This document shows, one piece after another, positions 21,423 through 34,429 of a DNA stretch of 64,000 bases. The first letter of the stretch is position 1, and every line of letters begins with the position of its first letter. Origin of the DNA: Eutreptiella sp. 'Long Island Sound 2002' (taxonomy: Eukaryota > Protista > Euglenida). The stretch covers positions 62,992,001 to 63,056,000 of the forward strand of contig OZ038379.1 of NCBI GenBank assembly GCA_964036045.1, written 5' to 3'. The notes under the pieces were generated by a model that saw nothing but the letters and a program-made list of their open reading frames with translations, searched no databases and was not told the DNA's origin. Both the position numbers and the translations under genes were made by a program.

Positions 21423-23692
21423 TCAAAGAGAAGCTGTCTCGGCTACCATGGCCACGCGTGGCCAATCACAAGTCCCCGATCGCGGCACTGACTCACGGAG
21501 CGCCGGCTCCCCCCCCCCCCGCCCCCCCTGTAAAATGGACAGAGGTGCGGCAGAACAATGGTCATGAGTGGTGAAGCAGGACAGTGGTTGGGCAGGATAG
21601 TAGTTAATGTAAATAGATATATTCTGATGATGGCTTTCGCTTGGACTTGGGCTTCGGCTGGATGCATTATCACCGCACCGAAACTTTTTGGGTCGTTCAC
21701 CTGGTGCAGCAGAGCTAATATTTTGCAGTTGATTGCAGCAGTGCATCCACCATGCGGTGGCAACTAATAGCACGGGGTTCACCACAAATGGGGCAAGATA
21801 TTGACGCACGTTCGGGACAGGGTGTGCATGGGGTCCACGTGTGACACCCAGTGTGCCAGGAGCAGTAACAGACTTTGGGTTAGGTTTGGGCACAAGTGGT
21901 GAGTGTCGCGCCGCTTTTGATGGTTTGCAATTGTGGGTGTCGCTGTCCATGTTGCTGCTACAAGTGCTTTGTGAACTCTCACTTCCACTACTGCCACTGC
22001 TTTCACTCTCGCTGTCACTACTATCGGATGAGGAGCTTTGTGCATCCGACTCCGAAGCACTAGGGTCCAATACAACTGCCTGGGCCAATCGATAATCCCG
22101 GACTGGCATCACTTGTCGTGTTGGCAGGGCCTCGCATGTACCAAGAGGAGCATAATCGCTCCTCGCAGCCTCGACCACGGCAGGGCAGGGCTGTTTTTTC
22201 TTGTGCCGTTATTCTTTACGGGTGCTGAAGGTGCGAAGACCGCCTAAACGCCGAATCGGCTAGGAAACAACCACATCCCAATCAATAGGGATCCAATGGC
22301 GCACACGAGGCAACTGGGTGCTGCACACGCCGCACATGCAATACACGTCGTTTGTCGGCTGCGTTGTGCCAAGGAACCGCAGGTTGACAAATTTTGTGGC
22401 CACGTCCATTGCGCAGAAGCAGCCACTAGATGGAGCACCGTGTTGGAAAATGCACACCAGCATGTCACGCCAACACTCAGTGGCTAGAACAGTACAAAGC
22501 TGCAGCAAAATCGCCCGCACCTCAGGGTGCCAGTGCTTCACGCGATCTTTTTTTACCCTTTTCAGGAACTGCACATAATGTTCATGCTGCAAGGTCTCCC
22601 GGATACTCTCGGAATTCTCCGTGCTCGTGACCCTGGGGAAGCGCTTGGCCACTGCAAGCCATCCTTCCCCCCCCTCATCTTGAACGTGCATAGGGACACG
22701 CGGGTAATCAAAAAAGTGCGTCATCCCATGTGCGTACAAGGTGCATGTGCTACCCCTCTCACACATCTTGGGGATGAGGGAGGGTTAAATATACATGCAC
22801 TTTGCCCCGTGTGGACCATACAGATGGTGGCATGTGCTTGGTCCCACACAAGAGGGATACGATCTGACAAAAGCTCAGAAATAACTGATGGAGGGGGGAG
22901 GACAATTTGCCGGTTTGCGCCACCATTGGAAATCGTGAGCGCAGGTCTCGCCCCGTGAGTGACAACCCTGAACGAACGCGGCTGCGCGTCTTGGATTGGC
23001 ACTGCTTTCTGTGTGGATCCATTTTTAGCTCGTACCGGCGAGCAACAACTACAAACACGCAACGAAAATGCGCACGACTGGGCAGTGGGCACTGTGCGTC
23101 CCACAACCCCTACTTTTCGGCTGCCAAAGCCTTTAATGGTATGTAGTACAGGCTGCACTGCCTGTACCTGGGCCAAGTTTGACAACCCGGCAAGACGGAC
23201 GGAGAACCTGTCTAAATGACGTGGCGTTGTAGTGAAAAGGTTGGCAAGATGGTTCTTTCTATCCCATTGGCATGAGCAACAACCCTGCCCATTCTGCAGC
23301 TCAGACCACATCTGGTGATGGTCGGCCATGAAGAAGCGCAACTGTAGCCTGAGCTTAACAACCTGGCGCGTGCTGGCTACAACAACGGAAGGCTTGAATG
23401 TTGTGGCCTCCAATTTTTTTATGTCCTAGGCGCGCCCATTCACGGGCCAAGCAGCCCCATCAGCAAGGGGGAGTTCACGCCATGTTAGGAGGGAGGTGGC
23501 AGAAGGCACTCCCTCAACAGGGTCAAAAAGCAGACCTGCCAACCCCAGGATGGCAACCTTGACATTGTAGTTGCTTCTACCTCGGGGGTCATAGCTATCA
23601 GAAAACAATACAACCTGTAGGGTAGCTTCTGCAGGCGGGGGGGTTTCGCGGACCAGCCTTGCGCCTTGGTGTTGGAGTAGAAGGCTGGACAC
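21423..23692 (-). pseudogene. RAG1/Transib-like DDE transposase (element B) with Ser/Asp-rich C-terminal tail; stops and frameshifts present
   Basis: D1 VVLFSDSY; D2 FFMADHHQM followed by GCCSC (CxxC); YAHGMTH...DEGGEGWLAVAKRF (compare RAG1 SEGNESGNKLFRRF). Assembled from ORFs 23426..23692, 22721..23413, 22260..22766 and 21423..22178. Confidence 0.7.
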
Positions 23693-23904
23693 TTGTAATG
23701 TACCCGCGGGTCACTTGGAAATGTGAAGTTGGGGCTCAGCTGGGGCTAAAACGGCTCATTTGGGGCTAAGTGGTGTTTTTCAAGGGGTGTAATGTGAAAA
23801 GTTGTGGCTTTCGGGGGTGGGTTGGGGTTTTGGAATGTCCCCAAAGGGATACCAAACCCTTGGCCAAGAGGATTTGACCGGGGGGGGTTTCTTTTTTTCG
23901 ACGG

Positions 23905-24075
23905 CTCAATTGACTCAGGACCCGGACTGAGCCGTCACTGAGCCGTCACTGAGCCAGCTCACTTAGCTCTCACTTAGCTCTCACTGAGCGCTCACTGAGC
24001 GCGCCAAATGGCTCACGGGGCGCTCAGTGAGCGCTCGGTGAGAGCTAATTGGGGGCTCACTCAGGGCTCACTTAA
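23905..24075. repeat. CTCACTGAG / CTCAGTGAG fold-back array upstream of the element B transposase
   Basis: GTCACTGAGC, CTCACTTAGC and CTCACTGAGC copies are followed by GCTCAGTGAGC and CTCGGTGAG. Confidence 0.8.
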
Positions 24076-24095
24076 CATGCACGGGCACAAGGGTG

Positions 24096-24811
24096 GTGGA
24101 AAATTGGCTTGCGCCCACGGGGTGTCACGGATGTCCATTTCCCAAACCCCCCCCCCCTTCTGGCCCGCCGTGACGGGGCAATGACAACCGGTATACACAG
24201 CCCCCCAGTCCCCCCCCCTACCCCCAACGGTGGTGGTATTTATGTCCGGTCTATTCCGGTTGCATCCCATAGCACGGGGGGGGGGGGGGGGATGCAACGC
24301 CCCACCATGGCCTCCCGTTGGCAAATTAGTCTGATGCAGATGTCAATGAAGTCATGACTTTTGTTTGTTTCCTTGTGAGGGGCTGGTTGCTTCGGGGAAG
24401 GGGTCGAGAGCAGGGGGGGGGGGGTTTAAGGGGTATTTGTGCCTGTGACTGACACAAAGGGTCCCCCCTGATGGGGGGACCTGTAGAAAACTGTCTTGGG
24501 GGGGCATGCACATGCAAACATGCAAACATGAAGACATAACAAGGACCCAAAAAGCGAAGGGAAAAAAAAAATTACATGAGGCTGGGATTGAACATGGGCC
24601 TCTGGAGTTTGAGTGTAGGCCTACTACCAACTAAGCTAAGGCAGGGTCTAGCTAAAATCAAAAATCAGAGAGTGTATGGCATACTAAAAAAAAACAGGCT
24701 GACAATGAGGACCATACATAGGTCCTGTCACAGGTGTCTATTTCCCAAACCCCCCCCCCCCCTCCTTCAGGCGACAACCGTGACCCCCCCGGGCGCAAGC
24801 CAATTTTCCAC
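24096..24811. mobile_element. MITE-like element with ~39-bp TIRs
   Basis: Left GTGGAAAATTGGCTTGCGCCCACGGGGTGTCACGGATGTC vs reverse complement of the right end GTGGAAAATTGGCTTGCGCCCGGGGGGGTCACGGTTGTC. No clear TSD found. Confidence 0.7.
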
Positions 24812-24936
24812 ATGCGCAAATCTTCCGTCATAAGCACTTACTTGGTCCTTTGTCGCAGTGCACGTTACACAATCCTCCTCACCATGTTCTCTCTCCCCTT
24901 CCTCTCCCGCCGGGCACGTGACCAAGTCGTGCAGCG

Positions 24937-26300
24937 TCATTGGAACCCCCTTCGCTTGGTCACGGCCCTACTCTCCACCTCCCTAGCTTCCTTGCGGAGG
25001 TTATCATCTAGTGTGTAGTCATTCACCCCACACTGCAAGCCCGACCTATCGATCAGCAAGCTGACCCCCAGATTATTCCGAAGCAGCCGTTTCAGTCGCA
25101 CATGGCTACCCTCCAATGCAAAGCAACTAAACTTTGCAATGGTCCCCCACCGTGCAACATACGCATACATGTGGTCAACCCACATGTGCGTCCACAAGGT
25201 CTTCCCCCATCCCAGGTCAAGGTGCCTTGCCCCCATGGGCAGTTGGCGTTGCAGCAAGGCACGTTGCTCAGCACCACTCAGAAAGTCGTCCTTCCAAGCC
25301 ACCTTGGCCATGGCCGCAAACGCCTCCCACCACTCCGTGCACACATCAACCGATGGCCTGCCCCCCACTTGATGGTTCCCGATCACCGGTGCAACCAGCT
25401 GCAACGGTGGGCCCCAATCCCGGGCCTTGACAAAGTGCGCAGCAGCCCCCAACTCCATGCGCACTTGTCCTTTGGCATTTGCCTTGTCCGCCCCCCGCTT
25501 TCCAGGCCGCACCGTGCGGGCCACTTTCCCTGACCCGTTTAGAACCCCTTGCACCATGGTGGCCGCACTCTTCCTAGATACTCCTCCATGGGTCACCAGC
25601 ACCCGCACATTTCCATTGACCCCCGCAATGGCAACACGCATGACTCCATGCGCACCGAAGTCAGGAACGCGGCGGTCCACCGGGATGTCACGAAACACCC
25701 CGGTCAGACGCACATGGCCCTTGATTCCTTCCACGGCAACCTCTTGTCTCCCGAACTTGCGCAAAACCGTTTCACACAGTGGCACGCCATGGCCCCGGGG
25801 CTCTTCTTAGTGAAGCCGTGCCCGCCGGCTAGCATGATGTGGCAGATCCCGAATTGCATCCGGCTGCGTGCCGCAGGAGTCGACGAGAATGCGGTACCAG
25901 TTCTCGCACTCGCTGGCCTCTACCGCCCCTCTATCCACCCGAAGCCCCAAGTCGCACAAGGACTCATCCGACTGAAGGTCATGAGCCGGGAGTTCATGTG
26001 AGAACACCGGGGCAGCCAGGGAGATATAGGGGGGAGGGGAGGCAGCATTCGGAGGAACACGGACTCCTTGGTACTGCACAGGGCTTGGGTGGTGTAGTCG
26101 GGCACCACATGGCACCACTCGGGAATGATGGGACAAGCCGAAAGGCTTTCCCACCATTCCCCTGACACCACCCCGACCCCGAAAGGTAGGGCCTCAATGA
26201 GTCCCTTCTTGGCCGCAACGTGGCTGACACCAAGATCTGCAGTCCAACCATGCTGCAGATCTTGGGTGTCATGAACCCGTGTCCCGAAGTCGTGGGGGTG
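24937..26300 (-). pseudogene. RAG1/Transib-like DDE transposase (element C), frameshifted
   Basis: WTHMWVDHMYAYVARWGTIAKFSCFALEGSH has H-x4-H and an E 20 residues after the second H, the same spacing as RAG1 H937/H942/E962. MLAGGHGFTKKSPGAMACHC matches the 60.7-kb copy. It also has VPDFGAHGVMR. Confidence 0.8.
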
Positions 26301-27099
26301 TCATCTGAGTCGTCGTTGGGGTCCTTGAGCAAATTCACCAACCACCACAGGATAGCCAGTCCCAGCGACGAACCTTCAGTGATAGACTTTTGTGTGAGGA
26401 AGTGCGGCACTGCAGGGCCCAGCCCATGGGTCTTCACAAGCAACACAGTTGAATGCTCGTGCAAATAGGGCACTTTGCGACGTCCCCGATGGTAGACAGC
26501 CGTGCGCAAAGCTATTGGGTACAAATCTTCCAATTGCGAACATAAGTGTTGTTCCATAGCAACCAAATCTCCATGGTGTCCATGAAAGGCGCCAAGTACC
26601 CCTGGAGACAGCACACGCACGATCTGCGCACTAGGGTTCCACCCTCCTCGCCGCGGGACTTCAACAATGACGAGATTGTACCTCAGCAGCTTGATCTCAT
26701 TGGGCACTGCGGTCACCGATCCATGGCTCGCCCAAATTTCTCGAGATTCTGATCCCTTGCCGACATTGCCCTTTGGCACCTCGCCACTAGACACCTCAAC
26801 AGCCAGGTTCAACACTGGTCTCACAAGCAGTCTGCAATGTGCTTCGACATCTTCTCGATCGCTGACCCACAGACCTGCCTTCAACGGCGCTTGGAGCGGT
26901 GGCCACGGCGTGCTCTCGATGTACTCCCAGCTCCCTTGCCATGCACCAAAATTCGCCAGACGGTGACTAAACTTCTTCGAGATGGGTGCCACTTCAGTCT
27001 TAGTGCCTGTGTGCACAGAAGCCGTAGAGGAGGGCACGTTGCAACAGGATTCAGCCATCCACCAAGTCACAGCGATCTGGCACAGCGTAAATTTGCATT

Positions 27100-28100
27100 C
27101 CTCGGGATCCTGGGCTCTGCACGGCTTAGTACTGTCAAATTGGTAATATGACGGCTACAATTGGTTAATGTGCTTCACCTGGGCTCTACAGAGCCCAGCA
27201 TGACCAAATTGGCAAATGAAGGGGGTGTCGCGGGGGGGGGTCCTAGGACATCATGAAGCAAGGTTGTACCGGTCGACAACAGTGAAGTCGCCGAAGCTGC
27301 AACAGGCACAGTGTCTCTATACATCCACTCAATTGGCATCCCAGGGGATCTTGGGCTTTGCAGAGCCCATAACTCACAAGATGTTAATGTGACGGCTGAA
27401 ATTGGTCAATGTGCTTCACCTCAACTCGGCAGAGCCCAGCATGACCAAAATGGTGCCTTAGGGGACGTCCTAAGGGGGGGTGAGTCCTTGGACATCATCA
27501 GGCAACGTTGCAGCAGTCATCGGGAGTGAAGTTGCGCAAGTTCCAAAAATTCAGCAGGCACGGCGTCTCTGTAGATCCAATGAATTGGCATCACATGGGA
27601 TCGTGGCCTCTACAGGCCTAGTATGCTCCAATTGGTAACTTGACCGCTGGAATTGGTCAATGTGCTAGATCTGGGCTCTGCACAGCCCAGCATGACCAAA
27701 ATGGTGCATTAGGGGGTTTCTGGGCGGGGGGGGGGGTCCTTGGACAGCATCAGGCAAGGGTGCACCAGTCATTAAGAGTGAATTTGCAGAAGTTCAACCG
27801 GGCACAGCGTCTATGTAGATCCAGTCCATTGACATCCCATGGGATCTTGGGCTATGCAAAGCCCACTACTCTCCAATTCAGAACTTGACGGCTGAGATTG
27901 GTCATTGTGCTGGACCTGGGCTCTGCAGAGCCTAGGACGAACAAAATGGTAAATTTTGGGGTGTCTTGGGGGGGGGGGGGTTCCTTCGACATCATCAGGC
28001 AAGGTTGCACCACTCATCAGGAGTGAAGTTGGGGAAGTTCCAACAGGCACAACGTCTCCCTAGATCCGGTCAATCTATTGGACCACGGGCTCTGCAGAGC
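27100..28100. repeat. Four copies of a ~245-bp unit, each with two palindromic CTGGGCTCTGCAGAGCCCAG-like sites
   Basis: Sites at 27110/27179, 27351/27420, 27602/27671 and 27847/27916, plus a single site at 28085. Confidence 0.9.
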
Positions 28101-29830
28101 CAAGAAGACTCAAAGTGCTTGCTGTCACACGGAAATCGGTCAGTACACTTCATCCAGGCTCCCTGTCGCCGCGGCCTACTAAATCGGAATCACAAGAAAA
28201 AGCAGGGGATTTACAAGGCAACAGCATACGTCTTGAAGGGTGGATTCGCTCAACGGGCATGTCGCCATGACCAAAGTGATACCACCACGATTCCCCGGCG
28301 CGGAGCTCCTTTGCCAGCTTCAGGAGGCCCAGTACCGAACTCTTCGGCGAGCCATGTAGTTGCATACGCGCCACAAATTTTCGGGTTGCATTCCAGCAAA
28401 GCATCGCGTTGTATAAAGGGCAATCACCTGCTTGCGTTCCACAATCTTACCGAGTGCGTCCGTGAAGGTGGTACCACACGTCAAGGCCATATGGGTAGCT
28501 GCCTCATTTGCTTGATGATTGTCTTCGTGTTGCCGGATTTCGCAGTCAGCCCCGCCTCCAAGATTGCCTCACACATCAGGGTGACAAGTATGTTCTTACA
28601 TTGTGTGTCCTCAGCCGCCCGTTGTAGGAAAATGTTCAACAATTGGGGTACACTGCTCTCACCTCCACTGTGCTACGCCCTATTGTGTTGTCCAGCCAGC
28701 TTTAGCGTGATCTCCAAAGATGCATCAAACTTGATGGTGCGCACGTCAAAATTGGTCATGCAGTCCTCGACCTCGCCCATCCTTGCTGTCACATCCTTGC
28801 AAATTTCAGCACACGCCGCAACGCCGTGTTGGCCACCAATCACCCACAGGGCTCCCACTGAATACAACAAATTGGCACATCACACAGGACAAGCCACATA
28901 GCCAATTACATTGATCGAATTGCGTCGCAACATTCCCATACCTTTGTCATTCCTGACCACAAGCTGCAGGTGGCCGTCAAGGGGGAAGTTTGCAAGTGGC
29001 TCCTCCTTTACCTCTGCCACGTGGTCCCAATAGATGAGCGTAGATTGGCCATACTACATGCACCTATGAATCTTCAGCTCCTTGCGCGGCACCTTCGCTC
29101 TCCTCACGTCCACGAAGTTTTGAATGGCCAGTACGCTTGTGGAATCCTTGATGCTACCCATCTTCCTTGCGACACGACCCTTGTTCCCCACTTGCGAGGG
29201 GGATTGACTGGCCTGGCTGGCCCCAGCAACAGTGCTGCCCTGTACAACTTCGTCTATGGTGGGGTCTAACTGCAGTGCATCCACTTTCTTGTCTTACAGT
29301 GTGTGCATCGCTGGTGTCTCACCAGTGTTGCCATCCATGGCAATGTCGTTTGGTATGTCACACATGTTCCAGAAACACATGGACTTTACAGGACAAATAA
29401 GGTCAGTAAAAACAGCACAACAACCACACAATTCAAAGCATCCATGATGGCAAATGGCACATTTGGACAGCAAAATAGTCGGTTCAAAGCATTCAAATTG
29501 GCACCCATAGGGGTTGAAATAGACAAAATTGTCTTCAAAACAGCTAATCTCTGCAGAGGGATCTCAAATACAATGTTGGGGACACGCGGATGGTCACGGC
29601 ATGAAACAAGCCGACCAAAACGTCCCTCGCTAACACAGGTATAGAGCAACAGCAAAATGGGGCCTATCCAAATGGCCTGCAATAGCAGAGGCAAACCTGC
29701 TTGTGGCAAATTTCCTTCAATCATCGTAACACTGTATCAGTGCAGCAATGCCAAGCACACCTCTTCGAGGGTCACACAGGCTGACACAACGGGTGCACAC
29801 TACAATACGAAAGCATGGAGATGTGTGCAC
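28100..29830 (-). pseudogene. Decayed unknown ORF inside element G
   Basis: Protein-like pieces 28673..28870, 29054..29284 and 29386..29724 are separated by stops. The long + ORF 27966..28901 is probably its antisense shadow. Confidence 0.3.
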
Positions 29831-30033
29831 AGATCAAAGCACGGTGATGGCATGGTTCCGGATTGGCTCAGCCCCAAGAAAGGAATAGAAAATTACCAGA
29901 TGGGGGTACATATCGGGCAGTGGTGACAGGCTGGGCTCTGCAAGGCCCCAGAGTAACAAGAACCAGTAATACAACCCCTCAAAACTCAGTGTCGGACAAA
30001 GCTGGGCTCTCGAGAGCCCAGACATTTGTGCTA

Positions 30034-31560
30034 AACCTCCCTCCTGAAAGTAAGACCGGGGGTCTTACTTTCAGTCCAGCTGGTCATGGGTCCCAAGAGG
30101 GGTCTTACTTTTGGGGGGGGTCTTACTTTTGGGTTCATCCATTTTGCTGTCACTTCACCTTCCCGACACAGAAGATGTCTGAGCCCATGCTTTTAGACGA
30201 CCTGCAGCTGGAGGAAACCGACACCATTGACGAGGTAGAGTCATCTGATGACTCAGAATTGGAAGTTGTTGAGGCTCCTGTGAATGATGAAGAGCCTGAA
30301 AAGCCTGAGTTAGAGAAACGAGCCTTTGGATTTTCCGAAGCTGGTGGTGCAAAATAGGTGCGTGGGTATGTTTCGAAGAAACAGGAGATCATGGGTCTTT
30401 TGACACACATGCGGTCCAAGAACAAATCCCTCCGCAGCCGGAAGCAAGTACGTGCCAGTGGTGTGTCGGCCGCCCACCCTGAGTTAGAGAAGCGAGTTGT
30501 TGCATGGCGGGCTGCAGAACTTGCTGCAGGCAGGAAAGTGCGTCCAGCAAACCTGTGGACGCAAGTCAAAAAAGTTTGGGCTGAGTTGAAGATCACTGCC
30601 AAGTTGAACAGAAATTGGAAGAATGCTTTTGGAGCACGGCATGGTCTCAAATTTGTTCGTCAAAAGAGGTCGTTGACCATCACACGTGCTGTTCTGACAG
30701 ACCGCCTACGCTCTTTTCATACCTTCACACCAGCCCTGCACCGGTTTCTTAATTTTGAGTTTGTGGGGAATTTCGACCAGGTCCCTGTGAGCTTCAATGG
30801 GGAGTTCCTTCAAATGCTTGTTCTGACTGCGGAGGAGCAATTGGAGGGATCAATGACATTTTCCTCAACTGCAGCTGAGGATTCCAAAAGGTTCTTCACA
30901 TATTAGCCGTTCATTGTTGTTCGGACCGATGGCAAACCGGTCACTGCTCAACCTCTGCCCATTTGCATTTTCCGTGGTGAAGGAAATGTTTTGAAGGCTT
31001 AAGAGAAGTTTTATGATCCTGCAGTGAAGGTTTTCTTTCAGAAAAAAGCAGTGGTGGACCAGAATTTGATGGCAGAAATTTATGCATATTGGGAACGAAT
31101 TGTTGCCAAAGCCCACAGACTAACTGTGGCTGGTGATGATGCCAAGCGGTGGCAAACATTTAAGGCAATGGGTTATTTGCCTGCCACTCCTTCTGATATC
31201 AAACTGCGAGTGTTCCCAAGTTATATTTTCGTGGCCAATGTCTGAGGTTGAGCAGCAGGTTAGGGCAGCTATTGATGCACGTGCCCGCCAGGAGGAAGTT
31301 GATGTTCCTGACCAGGCACCTATCCGGTTGCCCTCTTTCAAAGCAAAGCAGAAACCTACCACCTCGTGGTTCAAATCTCAGTAAATATGTGACGGATGAT
31401 CGTGGATTGTATGAGTGGTAGACCAAAATGTGTTGCTGCCGTGCATGTGCCACTAAGGGGGTCTTACTTTTGGGACGGCTGGTCCTGAGCCTGCAAGGGG
31501 GTCTTACTTTTGGGGGGGTCTTACTTTTGGGGCGGGGTCTTACTTTCGGGGGGGGGGGTT
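30034..31560 (+). mobile_element. pogo/Tigger-like (IS630-Tc1-mariner) transposon, 1527 bp, TA TSD, defective transposase
   Basis: TIR AACC(T/C)CCC(T/C)CC(T/C)GAAAGTAAGACC at both ends, with TA at 30032-33 and 31561-62 and repeated internal GGTCTTACTTT. Protein motifs are CENP-B-type HTH HPELEKRVVAW and GNFDQVP (N.DET-like). The uninterrupted paralogous repeat at ~31830 shows the empty TA site. Confidence 0.92.
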
Positions 31561-31926
31561 TACAGCAATAGCAGGGGTGTACACATCAAATTGGGCCGTC
31601 TGGGGGTGGGGGGGGGGTTGCATTGCTACCCCCCCCCCCATGATTATTCCGAGTGTCTCACGTCAAGGCCCTAAGAAAGCAATAGAAGATGACCTGATGG
31701 GGGTACATATAAGGCAGTGGTGACAGGCCGGGCTCTGCAGGGCCCAGAGTGACAAGAACCAATAATACAAGCCCTGAAAACTCACTGGCGGACAAAGCTG
31801 GGCTCAGCAAAGCCGAGACATTTGGGTACAACAATAACAGGGGTGTACACATTAAAATTGGGCTGCAGGGGGGGGGGGGTCTGCATTGCCGGCTCCCCGT
31901 GATCAGTCTGAATCTATCAGGTCAAA

Positions 31927-34000
31927 TCACCGCAACTCCTCAATCAGGGCAAAAGGTACAAGGCCATCAAACAGGGCGTCAACATCTACAGCATCCCTTG
32001 CCCGGATCACAGGTACGCCATCCTCATGGGGGGGACGCACATGATCAATTAACATTGCATTTGGCACTGGGGGAACAATATGCTCCATTGCAATAGGTAT
32101 GAACCCAACTGTTTCGACAACTGCCCAGGCCTCGCGGCGCTTCACAGGTGTCCTAAGAGGGATATGTTGCCGTATGTAATCCATGGCATCAGCGCAGAGC
32201 CCTTGTCCACCTACCAGGGTGCGCATAAAGCGCTTTAGAATAGATTGCATAAACGCAACAGTTAGGGTTCCCATGGTTACCTTTTCGGGGAGCACGTACG
32301 TTGTGTCTCTTTCTGCCTCAACCACACTGACTGGACTCGAGGACCATCGCACAGCTGGATGCTCCTCCCGTCCTCCACCACGCATGAGTGCTCATACCCT
32401 GTCGCGCACCTCTACACAAACACTTTCGGAGAGGGACTCCGTTGCACGTGCCTGCTCAGAGGGGGGCATGGTGCGGAAAAGGTCACCAGCCTCGTCCGCC
32501 GTGTGCTTGTCGGGGTGTTGCTTGCACCGTGCCCGCAACTTTGCGGGCAGGGCCTCACAACATTCCTCCACATGGGCGGCACCAGGCGTGTCGTCGTGCC
32601 ATTGCGTATTGTACAGAACTGCGCAGCAGATGGTGCGGAGGTAATCCATTTTCGCTGCAGCTGGACCGGCAACGTCAACAAGTAGACCCACACAGCTCTG
32701 AAGGACACACGTGGCTATTATACCCGTCCCGTCGGCGCGCCCAGCCCAAGTGCAATTACGCACTAAGTGTCCCACTACAAAGATGGCTGGGAGGTAATAA
32801 TTAAGGAGGGATTCCAGGCCCCGAAGGATGCGCAACCCATCATGTGTGTTGAGGGCTGCTTGGTCGTTGCGTCCCTCAAACAAGGTAATATTCTGCCTAA
32901 GTTGTGCCCGGATGTCTGAGCGGCGAGAAGGAGTGCAGCGATAGTTTCCTCTATGACAATGAGTTTGGGGTCGTTATATATGTGCGCACCGGCCCCCAAG
33001 CACAGGAGCGGTGATATACGAAAAACTGAGGAAAGAATTTACGCCAGATGATATTGCAAACATGTTTGTAGGGGTGCCAAACGCCGTAAATGAACTAGAC
33101 ACCCCGCAACCAATCCAGAAAATTCCAGTGAATGGTTGTTCTAGAGTACGAAAATTTGAGCACCCGGTAGGGGATGTTGCAATCAACGAGCAATGCCATC
33201 GGGTTCCCACAACGCCGTTGGGTACTGTGCAGCATATCGAGGAGATGCAAGAGCTCTTGCTTTTGACCTGTACGGGACTCATATATGCCAAATGGCTTCC
33301 AAAAGAGTTGTTGTCTACCAGCCTCCCGGGCAATATGGAGGGGCCACGGATGGTTGTCTGAGAAAGGGGTGCATTGCACACATCACTGCACACCTTCAAC
33401 ATTTCTTTGTGCTGTTGAACAACTGCCGCGGCCACTGTGTCCACCGGGTCCACTATGTCATGCAGACTCGGGTGACCAAGAAAAAGGGGAAGGGGGGTTG
33501 TGTGCAACACCGCTATTGCGGTGACATCTAGAGAGACATTGGGTTTCACTGGATTGGCCCGAAACTGGGCATGCCACCAGTTGTCCACCCACACCACAAT
33601 ATCACGACGAACAGTGCTACGGCATAGTTTGCGGAATTGCAATGCCCCCTACTTTGCAATAGACAACCGGGATGGCTTGGTGAGACCTGCGTGCACCAGC
33701 TTGCGGCTGTCTGCCTGCATGACAGCAGTGGTGCTGGCCGCTTGTGGCAAGGCCATGCGACGCATATCCAACCATACATAATAGGCCTCCTTGGAAAAAT
33801 TAGTTAGCCAATGCGGCCATTGTTTCCGTGCCAACCCCTTGTGAATGCGGTGGGGCGTAATGCGGGGCCGCTTGTTGACACGTAGACCCGCATAGAATTG
33901 TATGAATTCCTTCGCGACACCATGGTGCACAGCCGACAATACCATTTGGCTACCAGTGCGTCATTCTTTCTTACAAAGAGACCGCATGTAGCTAACATGC
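31927..34000 (-). pseudogene. DDE-type transposase of uncertain superfamily (element G)
   Basis: Candidate D1 IVVWVDNWW, D2 MALLVDCNIP, a YGVWHPYKH motif and E in HVEECCE, spread over ORFs 33649..33945, 32974..33642, 33095..33379 and 32392..32883. Confidence 0.55.
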
Positions 34001-34429
34001 AACGCCATAGGAACCGGTGCCATAGTGAGAAGACAGTCGGGGTGGCACAACAAGAAAAGAAGGTAACAAGAACAGGACACTAGCAATAGGCGTATATCAA
34101 CACATATTATGCATAGTGGGAGCTGAATTCACACTTGAGGTAAAAGAAGTACGGGCTTGCATTGCGGGTAGCATGCACAGAAGACATGAAATTAGGTTGC
34201 TGAAAAAAGCTGGGCTTTGCAGAGCCCGGCATCGGGACATTAGTAAGGTCGGGCCGTGTAATAGTCAAAGGGGACATAGGGAGCCACGAGCCAGGAGCAA
34301 GTAACTGAGAAGGGGTAAAAGTAGCGTTTGGCGCTGGCTTGGCTCTGCAAAGCCCGGGGTCCCAAAAGGTGATAATTATGGAGTGCATAACACACATATC
34401 GAAACTGGGCCAAACACTTAATGGATCAC

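Noticed and set aside
10900-27100. RAG2-like kelch partner for the RAG1-like transposases
   Set aside because: No kelch (GG..Y..W) repeats were seen; the companion genes look Tudor-like instead.
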